From Macrostomum lignano (Eukaryota): a stretch of 64,000 bases of DNA. Of this stretch, positions 25,352 through 38,465 are shown piece by piece (within the stretch, counting starts at the first letter, position 1; each line of letters starts with the position of its first letter). The stretch spans positions 11,514-75,513 of the forward strand of contig NIVC01003816.1 of assembly GCA_002269645.1 (NCBI GenBank). Direction: 5' to 3'. The notes beneath the pieces are model-generated. The model was not told the origin of the DNA. It made no database searches and saw nothing but the letters and a program-made list of their open reading frames with translations. The position numbers and the translations under genes were made by a program.

Positions 25352-25513
25352 GAGATCAACCAGGATGGGCAGCAGGATGCTGGCTGTGGCGGTGTTCGAA
25401 GTGATCTCAGTGATGAAGGTGGTGCAATAGGTCACGATGAGCACCATCAGGGGCCGCGGCAGGGCGCCCAGCGGCTTCAGCTGGTCGCCGATCATCAGGG
25501 AGAGGCCCGACTC
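25352..25513 (-). CDS. SLC13: SLC13 transporter, exon 7
   Basis: ESGLS...FITEITSNTATASILLPI (second SNT motif); 162 nt. Confidence 0.95.
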
Positions 25514-25534
25514 CTGCGGCGGAGGGATAGAACA

Positions 25535-25745
25535 GGTGACTCGTGTGACTAACAGGTGACTTGAGTGTTTAACAGGTGACTTAGTGACTAACAGGAGACT
25601 TTAGTGACTAACAGGTGACTCGCGTGACTAACAGGAGACTTTAGTGACTAACAGGTGACTCGCATGACTAACAGGTGACTTGAGTGACTAGCGGGTGACT
25701 TAAGTGACTAACAGGTGACTTGAGGGACCAACAGGTAGCTCGCGT
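25535..25745. repeat. ~20-bp minisatellite
   Basis: GTGACTAACAGGTGAC core. Confidence 0.9.
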
Positions 25746-25927
25746 GATTACAAGTGAATCGTATATGTATCATGTAAGTTTTATGCCTGCCGTATGATTT
25801 TGGTGTTTTTCGTCCAATGAAGAATTTTTTTAATAATTATAGCGGCTTGTATTGGATACTATACTGTATAATTGACTTCTTCATCTCAGGAAGCATAATT
25901 AGAGTCAATCAGTAGCAGGCCGGTCAC

Positions 25928-26282
25928 CTTGGTGGCCTTGGCCAGGGCGAAGCCACCACCTAGCAGGATGACAATGCCCCAGGGCAGGCGCTCGTGCACG
26001 GCCTGCCAGGTCAACAGGGTGCTCGCCTGCGGGCGCGCCGCCGTCTCGTCCTCCTTGGCGGCGTCGTCGCCCTGTTGAGCCGTCGGCCTCCTCTTGAACG
26101 GATTTCTCGACGGCAGCACGAACAGCAGGATGGACATGAGCAGCGCCGGCTGGGCGTCAGACATGTACACTCGGGTGTCGCCGTCTCTGGTCTTTGTCGT
26201 GAACAGAGGGCTCCAGCCGGTGCGGCTGATCCACAGCAGCACCGTGGCGCCGAAAAGGATGATGCAGCTGACCTCCGGGAAG
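25928..26282 (-). CDS. SLC13: SLC13 transporter, exon 6
   Basis: LLTWQAVHERLPWGIVILLGGGFALAKA motif; phase 2 to 0. Confidence 0.95.
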
Positions 26283-26404
26283 CTGCAAGGAGTGCGGTTC
26301 GAGATTGTAGGGTCCATCTAGTAGAGTCACAGGGTCCCCTAGTGAGGTCATACAGGACATGAAGTCTAAAGTCTACAGTATGGGTCTACCAATGGTCGTT
26401 GCGT

Positions 26405-27060
26405 CTACTAATGAGTCATAGGGTCTATTAATATGAGTCATAGGGTCTACTAATATGAGTCATAGGGTCTACTAATATGAGTCATAGGGTCTACTAATGA
26501 GTCATAGGATCTTCTAATGAGTCATAGGGTCTACTAATGAGTCTAGGGTCTATTAATATGGGTCATAGGGTCTACTAATGAGTCATAAGGTCTTCTAATG
26601 AGTCATAGGGTCTTCTAATAAGTCTATAGTCTCTTAATATGAGTCATAGGGTCTACTAATGAGTCATAGGGTCTTCTAATGAGTCTAAGGTCTATTAATA
26701 TGGTCATAGGGCCTACTAATGAGTCATAGAGTCTACTAAAGAGTCAAGGGTCTATTAATATGGGTCAAAGGGTCTATTAATGAGTCATAGGGTCTTCTAA
26801 TGAACCATAGGGTCTTCTAATGAGTCTAATGAGTCATACATCTAGGGTCTTCTAATGAGTCATAGGGTCTTCTAATGAGTCATACATGTAGGGTCTTCTA
26901 ATGAGCCATAGGGTCTACTAAAGACTCGAGGGTCTACTAATATGGGTCATAGTGTCTACTAATGAGCCATAGGGTCTTCTAATGAGTCATAGGGTCTATT
27001 AATTGGGTCATAGGTTCTAGTAAAATGGGTCATAGGGTCTACTTATAGGAACTATAGGGT
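26405..27060. repeat. 20-22 bp minisatellite
   Basis: GAGTCATAGGGTCTACTAAT(AT). Confidence 0.92.
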
Positions 27061-27303
27061 CTTCTATGAAATCGTGGCGTCTTTCATCTGGGTCACGAGG
27101 TATTTCCGAATCATGCCAGACAGCTGCAACGTTGCATGTGCATGTGATACCCCTGTCACTGATAATGCAGATCCCAGATCCTTTTAGAAACCAATCCGCA
27201 GAAAACTAAATTTTGTCCCGTCTCAAGACTGGGCCGCAGCCACTGCATTACTTTCGGGACATGGGGATGACAACAAAACTAAAAGTGCAGGCCATCAGCT
27301 CAC

Positions 27304-27384
27304 GTGATCGGTCCGAGTTTCTCGTACTGCGACTTCAGAGCCCGCTGCACAGCCTCAGCTTCTTCGGGGCTTTTGGCGCCGCCT
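27304..27384 (-). CDS. SLC13: SLC13 transporter, exon 5
   Basis: ALKSQYEKLGPI resembles EEYRKLGPM; 81 nt, phase 2-2; not in the ORF track. Confidence 0.9.
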
Positions 27385-27734
27385 CTGCACAAATTCCTGA
27401 GTAGTAATTGAGAGTAATTTACACTAATTACCTTTGAGAGCCTCAATTACGAGATTATTCAGGCAGTCAGGGCATGAATACTGATAATGGAAAACTGACG
27501 GTGGGATTACTATAGTTATGAATTAAGTTAATTAACAATCAGTCAAATCGGAAATGAGTCTTGTCATAGAGGAATCTGATCATGGCTAGTTATATCTGGT
27601 CATAGTTGAATCTGGTCATAAATTAATTCGTTTATAAGCTAATTTGATCGCTAAGCAACTTAGTCATAAATTAACCTGGCCATAAATGATTCGGTCATAG
27701 AAAAGTCTGTTTATAGATAAATAAGTATGGTCAA

Positions 27735-28225
27735 AGATGAATCTGGTCACAGCTGAATCTGGTCATGGATGAAGCTGATGATAATGAATCTGGTCATAGA
27801 TGAATCTGGTCATAGATGAATCTGGTCATGGATGAAGCTGATGATAATGAATCTGGTCAAAGATGAAGCTGGTTATAGATGAATCTGATGATAGATGAAT
27901 CTGGTCATGGATGAAGCTGATGATAATGAATCTGGTCAAAGATGAAGCTGGTTATAGATGAATTTGATGATAGATGAATCTGGTCATGGATGAATCTGGT
28001 TATAGATGAATCTGGTCATAGATGAATCTGGTCATAGATGAATCTGGTCATAGATGAATCTGGTCATAGATGAATCTGGTCATAGATGAATCTGGTCATA
28101 GATGAATCTGGTCATTGATGAAGCTGGTCATAGATGAATCTGGTCATAGATGAATCTGGTCATAGATGAATCTGGTCATAGATGAATCTGGTCATAGATG
28201 AATCTGGTCATAGATGAATCTGGTC
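27735..28225. repeat. 16-bp minisatellite
   Basis: TGGTCATAGATGAATC. Confidence 0.95.
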
Positions 28226-28263
28226 ATAAATTAATAAGCAGGACAAGAGCAAAGAAGCCGCAC

Positions 28264-28607
28264 CTCGGTCCCAAGAAGAGGAACTGCAGCCAGATCCAGG
28301 CCAGCAGCAGGCAGCTGATCGATATGGGAAAGGCGAACAGAAACCAGGAGCCAAAATTGAACGGCGTTTTGTTGCCAAAGTTGGTTGCCAGATTGTTGTT
28401 AAGAACAAGATTCGGCGGCGTCCCAGTCAGCGTCGGCGTCCCGCCGTAGTTGGCGCTGTAGGCCACGGCGATGGTGAGCATCTTGCAGATGCCGCGGAAC
28501 TCCACGTTCTCCGGCTGTTGAATGTACTGCAGCACGGTGAACTGCTGCTGCTGGCTGGGCTGCTGCCCGTTGCTGTGACTCTGGTCCGATTTTGGCTCCA
28601 CAGACAC
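28264..28607 (-). CDS. SLC13: SLC13 transporter, exon 4
   Basis: VAYSANYGGTPTLTGTPPNLV motif; phase 0 to 2. Confidence 0.95.
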
Positions 28608-28644
28608 CTGCAAGTTTATGGCTGATTTCTGACTACTGGCAGAT

Positions 28645-29045
28645 CCCTGATCTTCATGCAGTAGGGCAGCCCCTGATCTTCATGCAGTAGGGCAATCCCA
28701 GATCTTCATGCAGTAGGGCAGCCCCTGATCCCCATGCAGTAGGGCAGCCCCTGATCCCCATGCAGTAGGGCAGCCCCTGATCTTCATGCAGTAGGGCAGC
28801 CCCTGATCTTCATGCAGTAGGGCAGCCCCTGATCTTCATGCAGTAGGGCACCCCTGATCTTCATGCAGTAGGGCAATCCCAGATCTTCATGCAGTAGGGC
28901 AGCCCCTGATCCCCATGCAGTAGGGCAGCCCCTGATCCCCATGCAGTAGGGCAGCCCCTGATCTTCATGCAGTAGGGCAGCCCCTGACCCCCATGCAGTA
29001 GGGCAGCCCCTGATCTTCATGCAGTAGGGCAATCCCAGATCTTCA
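28645..29045. repeat. 26-bp minisatellite
   Basis: ATCTTCATGCAGTAGGGCAGCCCCTG. Confidence 0.95.
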
Positions 29046-29162
29046 TCCTGATTCCTTACACTTAGCAGACCCCACGACCCCCTACCAAGCCTTGCATGGA
29101 CCCCTACCAAGCCTTTCATGGACCCCCAGCAGGCCTGCCGGACCCCATCCAGCCGCACGCAC

Positions 29163-29480
29163 CATGGGCACCGCAGCGGACTCATCCGCGATCCCGTCGG
29201 CCCCATCGGCAGCCGCCTTGGCAGCCTCAGCCTTGCGCAGCTGATCGTACACCATGAGCTCCTGCAGCACCGCGTCAACAATCGGCAGCATCATGGCGGC
29301 CGTGGCGGTGTTGGATATCCACATGGACATGAACCAGGTGGGCAGCATGAAGCCCAGGAGCAGCCAGCGGGGCTGCACACCGACCAGCTGCAGCACCAGC
29401 AGCGCCATCCGTCGGTGCAGATTCCAGAATTCCACGCTGATTGCCAGCATCAGGCCGCCTATGAACAGCATGTTGGAGTC
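29163..29480 (-). CDS. SLC13: SLC13 transporter, exon 3
   Basis: LFIGGLMLAISVEFWNLHRRMAL...SMWISNTATAAMMLPI (first SNT motif); 318 nt. Confidence 0.95.
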
Positions 29481-29524
29481 CTGCGGGTGCGGCGGGGTCG
29501 GTTCGGGATTAGACTGCCGATCCT

Positions 29525-30322
29525 CCGCCCTCAGATGCTTTAGTATTCCGCCCTCAGATGCTTTAGTATTCCGCCCTCAGATGCTTTAGTATTCCGCCCT
29601 CAGATGCTTTAATATTCCGCCCTCAGATGCTTTAGTATTCCGCCCTCAGATGCTTTAGTATTCCGCCCTCAGATGCTTTAGTATTCCGCCCTCAGATGCT
29701 TCAGTATTCCGCCCTCAGATGCTTTAATATTCCGCCCTCAGATGCTTTAGTATTCCGCCCTCAGATGCTTTAGTATTCCGCCCTCAGATGCTTTAGTATT
29801 CCGCCCTCAGATGCTTTAGTATTCCGCCCTCAGATGCTTTAGTATTCCGCCCCTCCGCCCTCAGATGCTTTAGTATTCCGCCCCTCCGCCCTCAGATGCT
29901 TTAGTATTCCGCCCTCAGATGCTTTAGTATTCCGCCCCTCCGCCCTCAGATGCTTTAGTATTCCGCCCCTCCGCCCTCAGATGCTTTAGTATTCCGCCCT
30001 CAGATGCTTTAGTATTCCGCCACCCCACCCTCAGATACTTTAGTATTCCGCCCCTCCGCCCTCAGATGCTTTAGTATTCCGCCACCCCACCCTCAGATAC
30101 TTTAGTATTCCGCCCCTCCGCCCTCAGATGCTTTAGTATTCCGCCCCTCCGCCCTCAGATGCTTTAGTATTCCGCCCCTCCGCCCTCAGATGCTTTAGTA
30201 TTCCGCACCTCCGCTCTCAAATACACTGTACTTAAGTATTCTGCCCCTCCGCTCTCAAATACTTTAGTATTCCGCCCCTCCGCCCTCAAAAACTTTAGTA
30301 TTCCGCCCCTCCGCCCTCAGCT
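29525..30322. repeat. 23/28-bp minisatellite
   Basis: TAGTATTCCGCCCTCAGATGCTT with a CCCTC/CCGCC insertion variant. Confidence 0.95.
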
Positions 30323-30434
30323 TCGTTAGTATTGTGCCCCTCCTAAACTGTTAAAAATTTTTTCAGAATTCGTTCTGCTCAACTCTTAGAAAACATGCAT
30401 TTTGAGCAGTAGAGCAGGCGCGGGTCGAACTTAC

Positions 30435-30584
30435 CGAGAAATAAGCCGGGCAGAGAACTTTCGATGGGATGATTTTAAAAGCTGGCGCGAGCACCACGGG
30501 GATCAGAGCCGTGACGCCGATGGGCAGGGATTCCGTCACCCAGTACACCGCCATGATCAGCAGCATGTAGGCCACTCGCGCCTC
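30435..30584 (-). CDS. SLC13: SLC13 transporter, exon 2
   Basis: EARVAYMLLIMAVYWVTESLPIGVTALIP; 150 nt, phase 0-0. Confidence 0.95.
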
Positions 30585-30722
30585 CTGGGGATTTGAGGGA
30601 TTTTAGCCGGCAATGAGGCCAGCAAAGTGCCAGTTGTAAAGTGCAAATCATGATTGAGCCCGATTGGTAAACTCCTCGCATTCACATAGCTGAACTCATC
30701 TGGCAGCAGCAGCCTAGAAGTG

Positions 30723-32896
30723 GGATTGGCGCCAGACTCATCTCATTCCCTAGTAGCTTATAATTAGGATTGGCGCCAGACTCATCTCATTCCCCAGTAA
30801 CTTAGAATTAGGATTGGCGTCAGACTCATCTCATTCCCCAATAGCTTACAATTAGGATTGGCGCCAGACTCATCTCATTCCCCAATAGCTTACAATTAGG
30901 ATTGGCGCCAGACTCATCTCATTCCCCAGTAGCTTAGAAGTGGGATTGGCGCCAGACTCATCTCATTCCCCAGTAGCTTAGAATTAGGATTGGCGCCAGA
31001 CTCATCTCATTCCCCAGTAACTTAGAATTAGGATTGGCGTCAGACTCATCTCATTCCCCAGTAGCTTAGAATTAGGATTGGCGCCAGACTCATCTCATTC
31101 CCCAGTAGCTTATACTTAGGATTGGCGCCAGACTCATCTCATTCCCCAGTAGGTTAGAATTAGGATTGGCGTCAGACTCATCTCATTCCCCAATAGCTTA
31201 TAATGAGGATTGGCGCCAGACTCATCTCATTCCCTAGTAGCTTATAATTAGGATTGGCGCCAGACTCATCTCATTCCCCAGTAGCTTAAAAGTGGGATTG
31301 GCGCCAGACTCATCTCATTCCCCAATAGCTTATAATTAGGATTGGCGCCAGACTCATCTCATTCCCCAGTAGCTTAGAATTAGGATTGGCGCCAGACTCA
31401 TCTCATTCCCCAATAGCTTACAATTAGGATTGGCGCCAGACTCATCTCATTCCCCAGTAGCTTATAATTAGGATTGGCGCCAGACTCATCTCATTCCCCA
31501 GTAGCTTATAATTAGGATTGGCGCCAGACTCATCTCATTCCCCAGTAGCTTAGAATTAGGATTGGCGTCAGACTCATCTCATTCCCCAATAGCTTATAAT
31601 TAGGATTGGCGCCAGACTCATCTCATTCCCCAGTAGCTTAGAATTAGGATTGGCGCCAGACTCATCTCATTCCCCAGTAGCTTAGAATTAGGATTGGCGC
31701 CAGACTCATCTCATTCCCCAGTAGCTTAGAATTAGGATTGGCGCCAGACTCATCTCATTCCCCAATAGCTTACAATTAGGATTGGCGCCAGACTCATCTC
31801 ATTCCCCAGTAGCTTATAATTAGGATTGGCGCCAGACTCATCTCATTCCCCAATAGCTTAGAATTAGGATTGGCGCCAGACTCATCTCATTCCCCAGTAG
31901 CTTATAATTAGGATTGGCGCCAGACTCATCTCATTCCCCAGTAGCTTATAATTAGGATTGGCGCCAGACTCATCTCATTCCCCAGTAGCTTAGAATTAGG
32001 ATTGGCGTCAGACTCATCTCATTCCCCAATAGCTTATAATTAGGATTGGCGCCAGACTCATCTCATTCCCCAATAGCTTACAATTAGGATTGGCGCCAGA
32101 CTCATCTCATTCCCCAGTAGCTTAGAATTAGGATTGGCGCCAGACTCATCTCATTCCCCAGTAGCTTAGAATTAGGATTGGCGCCAGACTCATCTCATTC
32201 CCCAATAGCTTACAATTAGGATTGGCGCCAGACTCATCTCATTCCCCAGTAGCTTATAATTAGGATTGGCGCCAGACTCATCTCATTCCCCAATAGCTTA
32301 GAATTAGGATTGGCGCCAGACTCATCTCATTCCCAGTAGCTTATAATTAGGATTGGCGCCAGACTCATCTCATTCCCCAGTAGCTTAGAATTAGGATTGG
32401 CGCCAGACTCATCTCATTCCCCAATAGCTTACAATTAGGATTGGCGCCAGACTCATCTCATTCCCCAGTAGCTTATAATTAGGATTGGCGCCAGACTCAT
32501 CTCATTCCCCAGTAGCTTAGAATTAGGATTGGCGTCAGACTTATCTTATTCCCCAGTAGCTTAGAATTAGGATTGGCGCCAGACTCATCTCATTCCCCAG
32601 TAGCTTATAATTAGGATTGGCGCCAGACTCATCTCATTCCCCAGTAGCTTAAAAGTGGGATTGGCGCCAGACTCATCTCATTCCCCAATAGCTTATAATT
32701 AGGATTGGCGCCAGACTCATCTCATTCCCCAGTAGCTTATAATTAGAATTGGCGCCAGACTCATCTCATTCCCCAGTAGCTTAGAATTAGGATTGGCGCC
32801 AGACTCATCTCATTCCCCAGTAGCTTAGAAGTGGGATTGGCGCCAGACTCATCTCATTCCCCAGTAGCTTAGAAATGGGATTGGCGCCAGACTCAC
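30723..32896. repeat. 44-bp minisatellite (~49 copies) filling SLC13 intron 1
   Basis: GGATTGGCGCCAGACTCATCTCATTCCCCAGTAGCTTAGAATTA. Confidence 0.97.
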
Positions 32897-33016
32897 CGGC
32901 CTCGGCGCCAGAATCGGCAGCGGAGAGAACAGGATCGGCGCCAGACAGAACACGAGCAGTTTTCTCCAGCGCCAGATGACGCTGAGCCGCTGCGCACAGG
33001 TGGCGGTCTCGGGCAT
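32897..33016 (-). CDS. SLC13: SLC13 transporter, exon 1
   Basis: MPETATCAQRLSVIWRWRKLLVFCLAPILFSPLPILAPRP, typical SLC13 TM1; GTGAGT donor; strong acceptor just upstream implies a 5' UTR intron. Confidence 0.85.
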
Positions 33017-33524
33017 GTCAAAAAGCCTAATAAGAAAAGCGTAAACATGGTCATCAACAGTTTCTTTCCCCGGGATTTACGAGCTAAAAGCAGGCTCATT
33101 TCCTTCTTCAGTCCACCTTCAGATTGAAAAAAATTAGGTACGCACCTGCATGCCAGGCTTAAAAATGGCCCCACACTAAAAAGTGCAAACGGATTCCGCG
33201 TGGGGAAGCAGGGAAGAGAATTTCCCTGTAGTGTATTTTTGGCGTCGCCGTTTGGGCTGAGGCAGGGAGGAGGGGGGGTGGGTTCAGAGCAATGTCAGAC
33301 ATCTAGGCTGGCGCGGGGTGGTGGCACTGATGGCGTGCGTGACAAACTGGCAGTGAGCGCGAACTGGGGGAAAGCAACTGCTGCTGCGGGGCAGGCATGA
33401 AGCTGCTTTCAGTCAAAGCCATCTACCCCACCCTCTTCCGTCACTGTTTTCTTGTCTGGTACTGTTGCCAGATCAGGTCCTCATCTCTGATCCTCAGGGG
33501 AAACAATCGTGCGTTTGTTTAAAT

Positions 33525-33749
33525 CAGGGGTCGGCATACCCCGGCCCGCCAAGCCTCTCTATCCGGTCCTCGGGTACTTTGAAACTTCGCAATCCGGCAA
33601 TCCGGCCCGCTCAAGGTTTAAGTCTCTTCTCAACCCTCCTCTCCCTTCTCTCCTCTCTTCTATCCCATCTCCTCTCCTCTCTTCTCTTCGATTCCCTCTT
33701 ATCTTTCCCTTCCATCTGGCCCTTGAGGCAAAAGGTTTGCCAACCCCTG
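33525..33749. mobile_element. hAT (Charlie-like) MITE, 225 bp
   Basis: TIR CAGGGGTCGGCA / TGCCAACCCCTG; perfect 8-bp TSD GTTTAAAT. Confidence 0.9.
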
Positions 33750-33887
33750 GTTTAAATGCATTCATTCAGATTGATTTTCACTTCAGTCTCTGAGCACTGC
33801 GGCTCTTTGAAAGCCGCTTTCATCCCTTTTGAGCCAGTACAAAGCTTTATGAAAACTACGTCGTAACATTGTGTTTGACAGACACAT

Positions 33888-35072
33888 GGTCTCACACATG
33901 AGATGAAGGATGCTTAGTCTCCTTCATGAGATGAAAGACACTTAGTCTCACACATGAGATGAAGGACACTTAGTCTCACACATGAGATGAAGGACACTTA
34001 GTCTCACACATGAGATGAAGGACACTTAGTCTCACACATGAGATGAAGGACACTTAGTCTCACACATGAGATGAAGGACACTTAGTCTCACACATGAGAT
34101 GAAGGACACTTAGTCTCACACATGAGATGAAGGACACTTAGTCTCACACATGAGATGAAGGACACTTAGTCTCACACATGAGATGAAGGACACTTAGTCT
34201 CACACATGAGATGAAGGACACTTAGTCTCACACATGAGATGAAGGACACTTAGTCTCACACATGAGATGAAGGACACTTAGTCTCACACATGAGATGAAG
34301 GATACTTAGTCTCACACATGAGATGAAGGACACTTAGTCTCACAGATTAGATTAAGGACACTTAGTCTCACAGATTAGATGAAGGACACTTAGTCTCACA
34401 CATGAGATGAAAGACACTTAGTCTCACCCGAGATGAAGGACACTTAGTCTCATACATGAGATGAAGGACACTTAGTCTCACACACGAGATGAAGGACACT
34501 TAGTCTCACACATGAGATGAGGGACACAGTCTCACACATGAGATGAAGGACACTTAGTCTCACACATGAGATGAAGGACACTTAGTCTCACACATGAGAT
34601 GAAGGACACTCAGTCTCACACATAAGATGAAGAACACTTAGTCTCACACATGAGATGAAGGACACTTAGTCTCACACATGAAATGAAGGACACTTAGTCT
34701 CACACATGAGATGAAGGACACAGTCTCACACATGAGATGAAGGACACTTAGTCTCATACATGAGATGAAGGACACTTAGTCTCACACATGAGATGAAGGA
34801 CACTTAGTCTCACACATGAGATGAAGGACACAGTCTCACACATGATATGAAGGACACTTAGTCTCATACATGAGATGAAGGACACTTAGTCTCACACATG
34901 AGATGAAGGACACTTAGTCTCACACATGAGATGAAGGACACTTAGTCTCACACATGAGATGAAGGACACTCAGTCTCACACATAAGATGAAGAACACTTA
35001 GTCTCACACATGAGATGAAGGACACTCAGTCTCACACATAAGATGAAGAACACTTAGTCTCACACATGAGAT
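33888..35072. repeat. 28-bp minisatellite (~42 copies)
   Basis: CACACATGAGATGAAGGACACTTAGTCT. Confidence 0.97.
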
Positions 35073-36339
35073 ATAAGATTATATATAAGTGGTAAAGTTA
35101 AAATAAATAGTTCCAATAAGCCCTTGCAAGCTATCCAAAGCGCATGCGGAGGCTTACCTGAACTTCTGTTTACGAAAGTCTTGAAAGTGTTTGAGTCGTC
35201 TCTTCTAATTAAAGGATCTGTAGCGCTCACGAAATCCTTAGCAAGGATATCCTATTTTTAAGCTGTAGGAGTAACCCAGTGATTTATCTACCGAACAAAT
35301 GTGGGATCGGATGGGCGATTCAGCTAGGTGAGGTGGATGAGGGGTGACTTGGCGAGATTCGCTGACTGGCTGGAGGGCGAGGAAGGGGGCGACAGATTAG
35401 AAGGGGAGAAACCACTGGGATGGAGGGAGAATGGGGTGGTGAACGGCGATCCCAAATCGATTCGCCTCAGTCATGAGGGTGTAGGGGGGGGGGGGGAGGG
35501 AGTCCTCCAGTTCTATCCATGGCTCAGCAGTGTACAGCCTGGGGCAGTAGCAGGGATGTACAGTGCCAGCGTCTGGGCATCTAATATTGTTAGGCAGCCC
35601 GCGGGGGTGCCAGCACTAAGCGTCCACTGCGCTTAGGAAAAAGAAGTTTTGTGCTTACTTTTTAGATAACTGCTAGCTATGCAAACTCAAGGCAAGAAAT
35701 AGTTGTCCGTGTGTACTAGCAACTCTTGGGCAGTGGAAAAGAAGTACATTGTGCAGTTTCAGTTTTGATGCTCTTAAAGCAGACGATGCTAATAATTATT
35801 AAATGTACATGCAGGAGCGTGTGACAGCTGCTCGATGCCATCTGCAAAGATTGACTCGGTGTTTGGCCTATAGAGTGAGTGGGACTTACTGCAAACATTG
35901 TTAGGAGATGCGCTTGCACCATAGACAGATGTGAGTTGCAGCACGCTGGAGCATTCCTTTTTTTGTTCAGTAGCATTTATTTCACCGAGTTTAAGCTGAT
36001 ATAAAACTGCTTGAAAACTAGAAAACTTATTAAACTAAAAAAATTAGACGAAAAACTTGAAGGCTCAAGTTTACTTTCTCCGACTGTATAAGCGAAAAAA
36101 ATAATAAGCACAGTCTGTAATTCATAATCTTATCGGCGAATAAATTGCACTTTTAATTAAAGTTGATAGATACAAAATTTAAAAAGCAAAAAACTGGAGC
36201 TAAGCAAAGAAATGTTAAAGCAGGTAAGTAACAGTTATTAGTCTGGAAAACATACTGAGTTTGATGATGCTATGAATTTAGCAGCTATGCCTACTAGCAT
36301 TCCTGGAAATAAACTGTAAAAACAATGCGCAACACAATG

Positions 36340-36484
36340 ATGCGGTCCAGTTTGCTTCTAACTTAATTAAATTGGACACAATGATGCGGTCCAGTTATCA
36401 TCGAACTCAACTAAACTGGACACAATGATGCGGTCCAGTTATCATCGAACTCAACTAAACTGGACACAATGATGCGGTCCAGTT
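36340..36484. repeat. ~44-bp hairpin-containing tandem repeat (3-4 copies)
   Basis: ACTGGACACAATGATGCGGTCCAGT (7-bp stem) repeated. Confidence 0.85.
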
Positions 36485-36498
36485 TTATTTTTATTTAT
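36483..36498 (-). terminator. Polyadenylation signal cluster of the TMC gene
   Basis: Overlapping minus-strand AATAAA (AATAAATAAAAATAAAA) about 230 nt after the stop. Confidence 0.5.
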
Positions 36499-36720
36499 TA
36501 CAAAAACTACTGTCATAGAATTTTAACCAAAAAGTAGTAGAAAAATTATTTAATTAATATACGCTTAAAATACTACTTTTATACGAGCAGTAGTAGTTAA
36601 ATCCATGCAGAATTAAAATCTCTGAAAAAATTGACATAGAATTAACAAGAACACACACTATATATTCAAGACCTATAACACAATCGGCATATAATACTGA
36701 TACTACTGCCAATCAGTCAA

Positions 36721-36819
36721 TCAGTAGTACTGTCGGCGTTGATTTCTAGTCATACGTTCGGCGTGACGGCGCAATCTGGCGTTGATCTGCTTGTTTAGCC
36801 GGACGCATTCGCTGTTCTC
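36721..36819 (-). CDS. TMC: TMC channel, exon 14 (terminal)
   Basis: CTTGCAG|ENSECVRLNKQINARL...YY stop; AATAAA cluster about 230 nt downstream. Confidence 0.7.
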   Translation of the reverse strand, partial: ENSECVRLNKQINARLRRHAERMTRNQRRQYY

Positions 36820-37271
36820 CTGCAAGGTTGATGATTTATGATTTATGACAATGCATCTATAATTAAAATATTTTGGTATAAAAAATTACATTTATTATAG
36901 CCTACTTATTTACTAATTATGCATTTAATGTTGTATCAAATTACGAGCTATGATTTAGCTTCAAGGATTTTTGTAAAAAATTAGATAGCTCTACTAATTA
37001 GTAGTAGCATGTACTTTTCAGGCGAAAATAACTGTTACTAAGACGAATGAAAATATATTTCTTGTCACTGCGGACGCAGCTGAGAATTTAGTCGGAATTC
37101 TCGCGCGATCAAAGATAAGAAACCGGCTGCACCCAGGAGACGGTGAGTCATGCCACTGCACAGTGCTTACAAGAGAAGTCAAGTTGAATGCGAGATTTTG
37201 TTTAGAAATGATTCAGTCAGGTTAATACAGAGTTTTGATGATTCCTACACTTCCTACGAATTCCACAGCAC

Positions 37272-38057
37272 TTCAGATGATTCAGGCAGGAATTCAGATG
37301 ATTCAGGCAGGAATTCAGATGATTCAGGTAGAACATTCAGATTATTCACATGAAACTTCAGATGATTCAGGTAGAACATTCAGATGATTCAGGCAGGAAT
37401 TCAGATGATTCAGGTAGAACATTCAGATTATTCACATGAAACTTCAGATGATTCAGGTAGAACATTCAGATGATTCAGGCAGGAATTCAGATGATTCAGG
37501 TAGAACATTCAGATTATTCACATGAAACTTCAGATGATTCAGGTAGAACATTCAGATTATTCACATGAAACTTCAGATGATTCAGGTAGAACATTCAGAT
37601 TATTCTCATGAAACTTCAGATGATTCAGGTAGAACATTCAGATTATTCACATGAAACTTCAGATGATTCAGGTAGAACATTCAGATTATTCACATGAAAC
37701 TTCAGATGATTCAGCTAGAACATTCAGATTATTCACATGAAACTTCAGATGATTCAGGTAGAACATTCAGATTATTCACATGAAACTTCAGATGATTCAG
37801 ATAAAACTTCAGATGATTCAGGTAGAACATTCAGATTATTCACATGAAACTTCAGATGATTCAGATAAAACTTCAGATGATTCAGGTAGAACATTCAGAT
37901 TATTCACATGAAACTTCAGATGATTCAGATAAAGCTTCAGATGATTCAGGTAGAACATTCAGATTATTCACATGAAACTTCAGATGATTCAGATAGAAGT
38001 TTCAGATGATTCAGGTAGAACATTCAGATGAATCAGATAAAACTTCAGATGATTCAG
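37272..38057. repeat. Higher-order ~22/44-bp minisatellite
   Basis: TTCAGATGATTCAGGTAGAACA alternating with TTCAGATTATTCACATGAAAC. Confidence 0.95.
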
Positions 38058-38114
38058 AATCTCAGATAAAAGGCTAAGCTTATTCAGTCAGACACACAGT
38101 GATAGGCATCTCAC

Positions 38115-38465
38115 CAGCACAATGTAGCGCTTCAAAGCTCTAATAGCGTCCTCCTTGCCCATGGCAACGCTGCGTACCCGCACCAGCATGGTGAGGAACA
38201 GGCACAGCAGCAGCACCTGAGGCGTCCCAGTAGTCACGTAGCGAACGAAGCCAACAAGGTTGGACTGGTCGAAATAGGCGTCCTTGAGCAGGCCGTCGTT
38301 GCGGAACGGGCCGCAGACGGGCGACAAGGGCAGGGAGTAGATTAGAAAGGACAGGAACAGGCCAGGCACCAGCGAGGTCAGGAACAGGAAGGTGGTGATG
38401 GTCCTGGCTGTCAGCAGCTTGCCCATGCCCGCCAGACTGGGCCGAAAGCACAGCTGCAGGATCAG
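38115..38465 (-). CDS. TMC: TMC channel, exon 13
   Basis: CFRPS...SPVCGPFRN (TMC CGPF motif); 351 nt. Confidence 0.92.
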
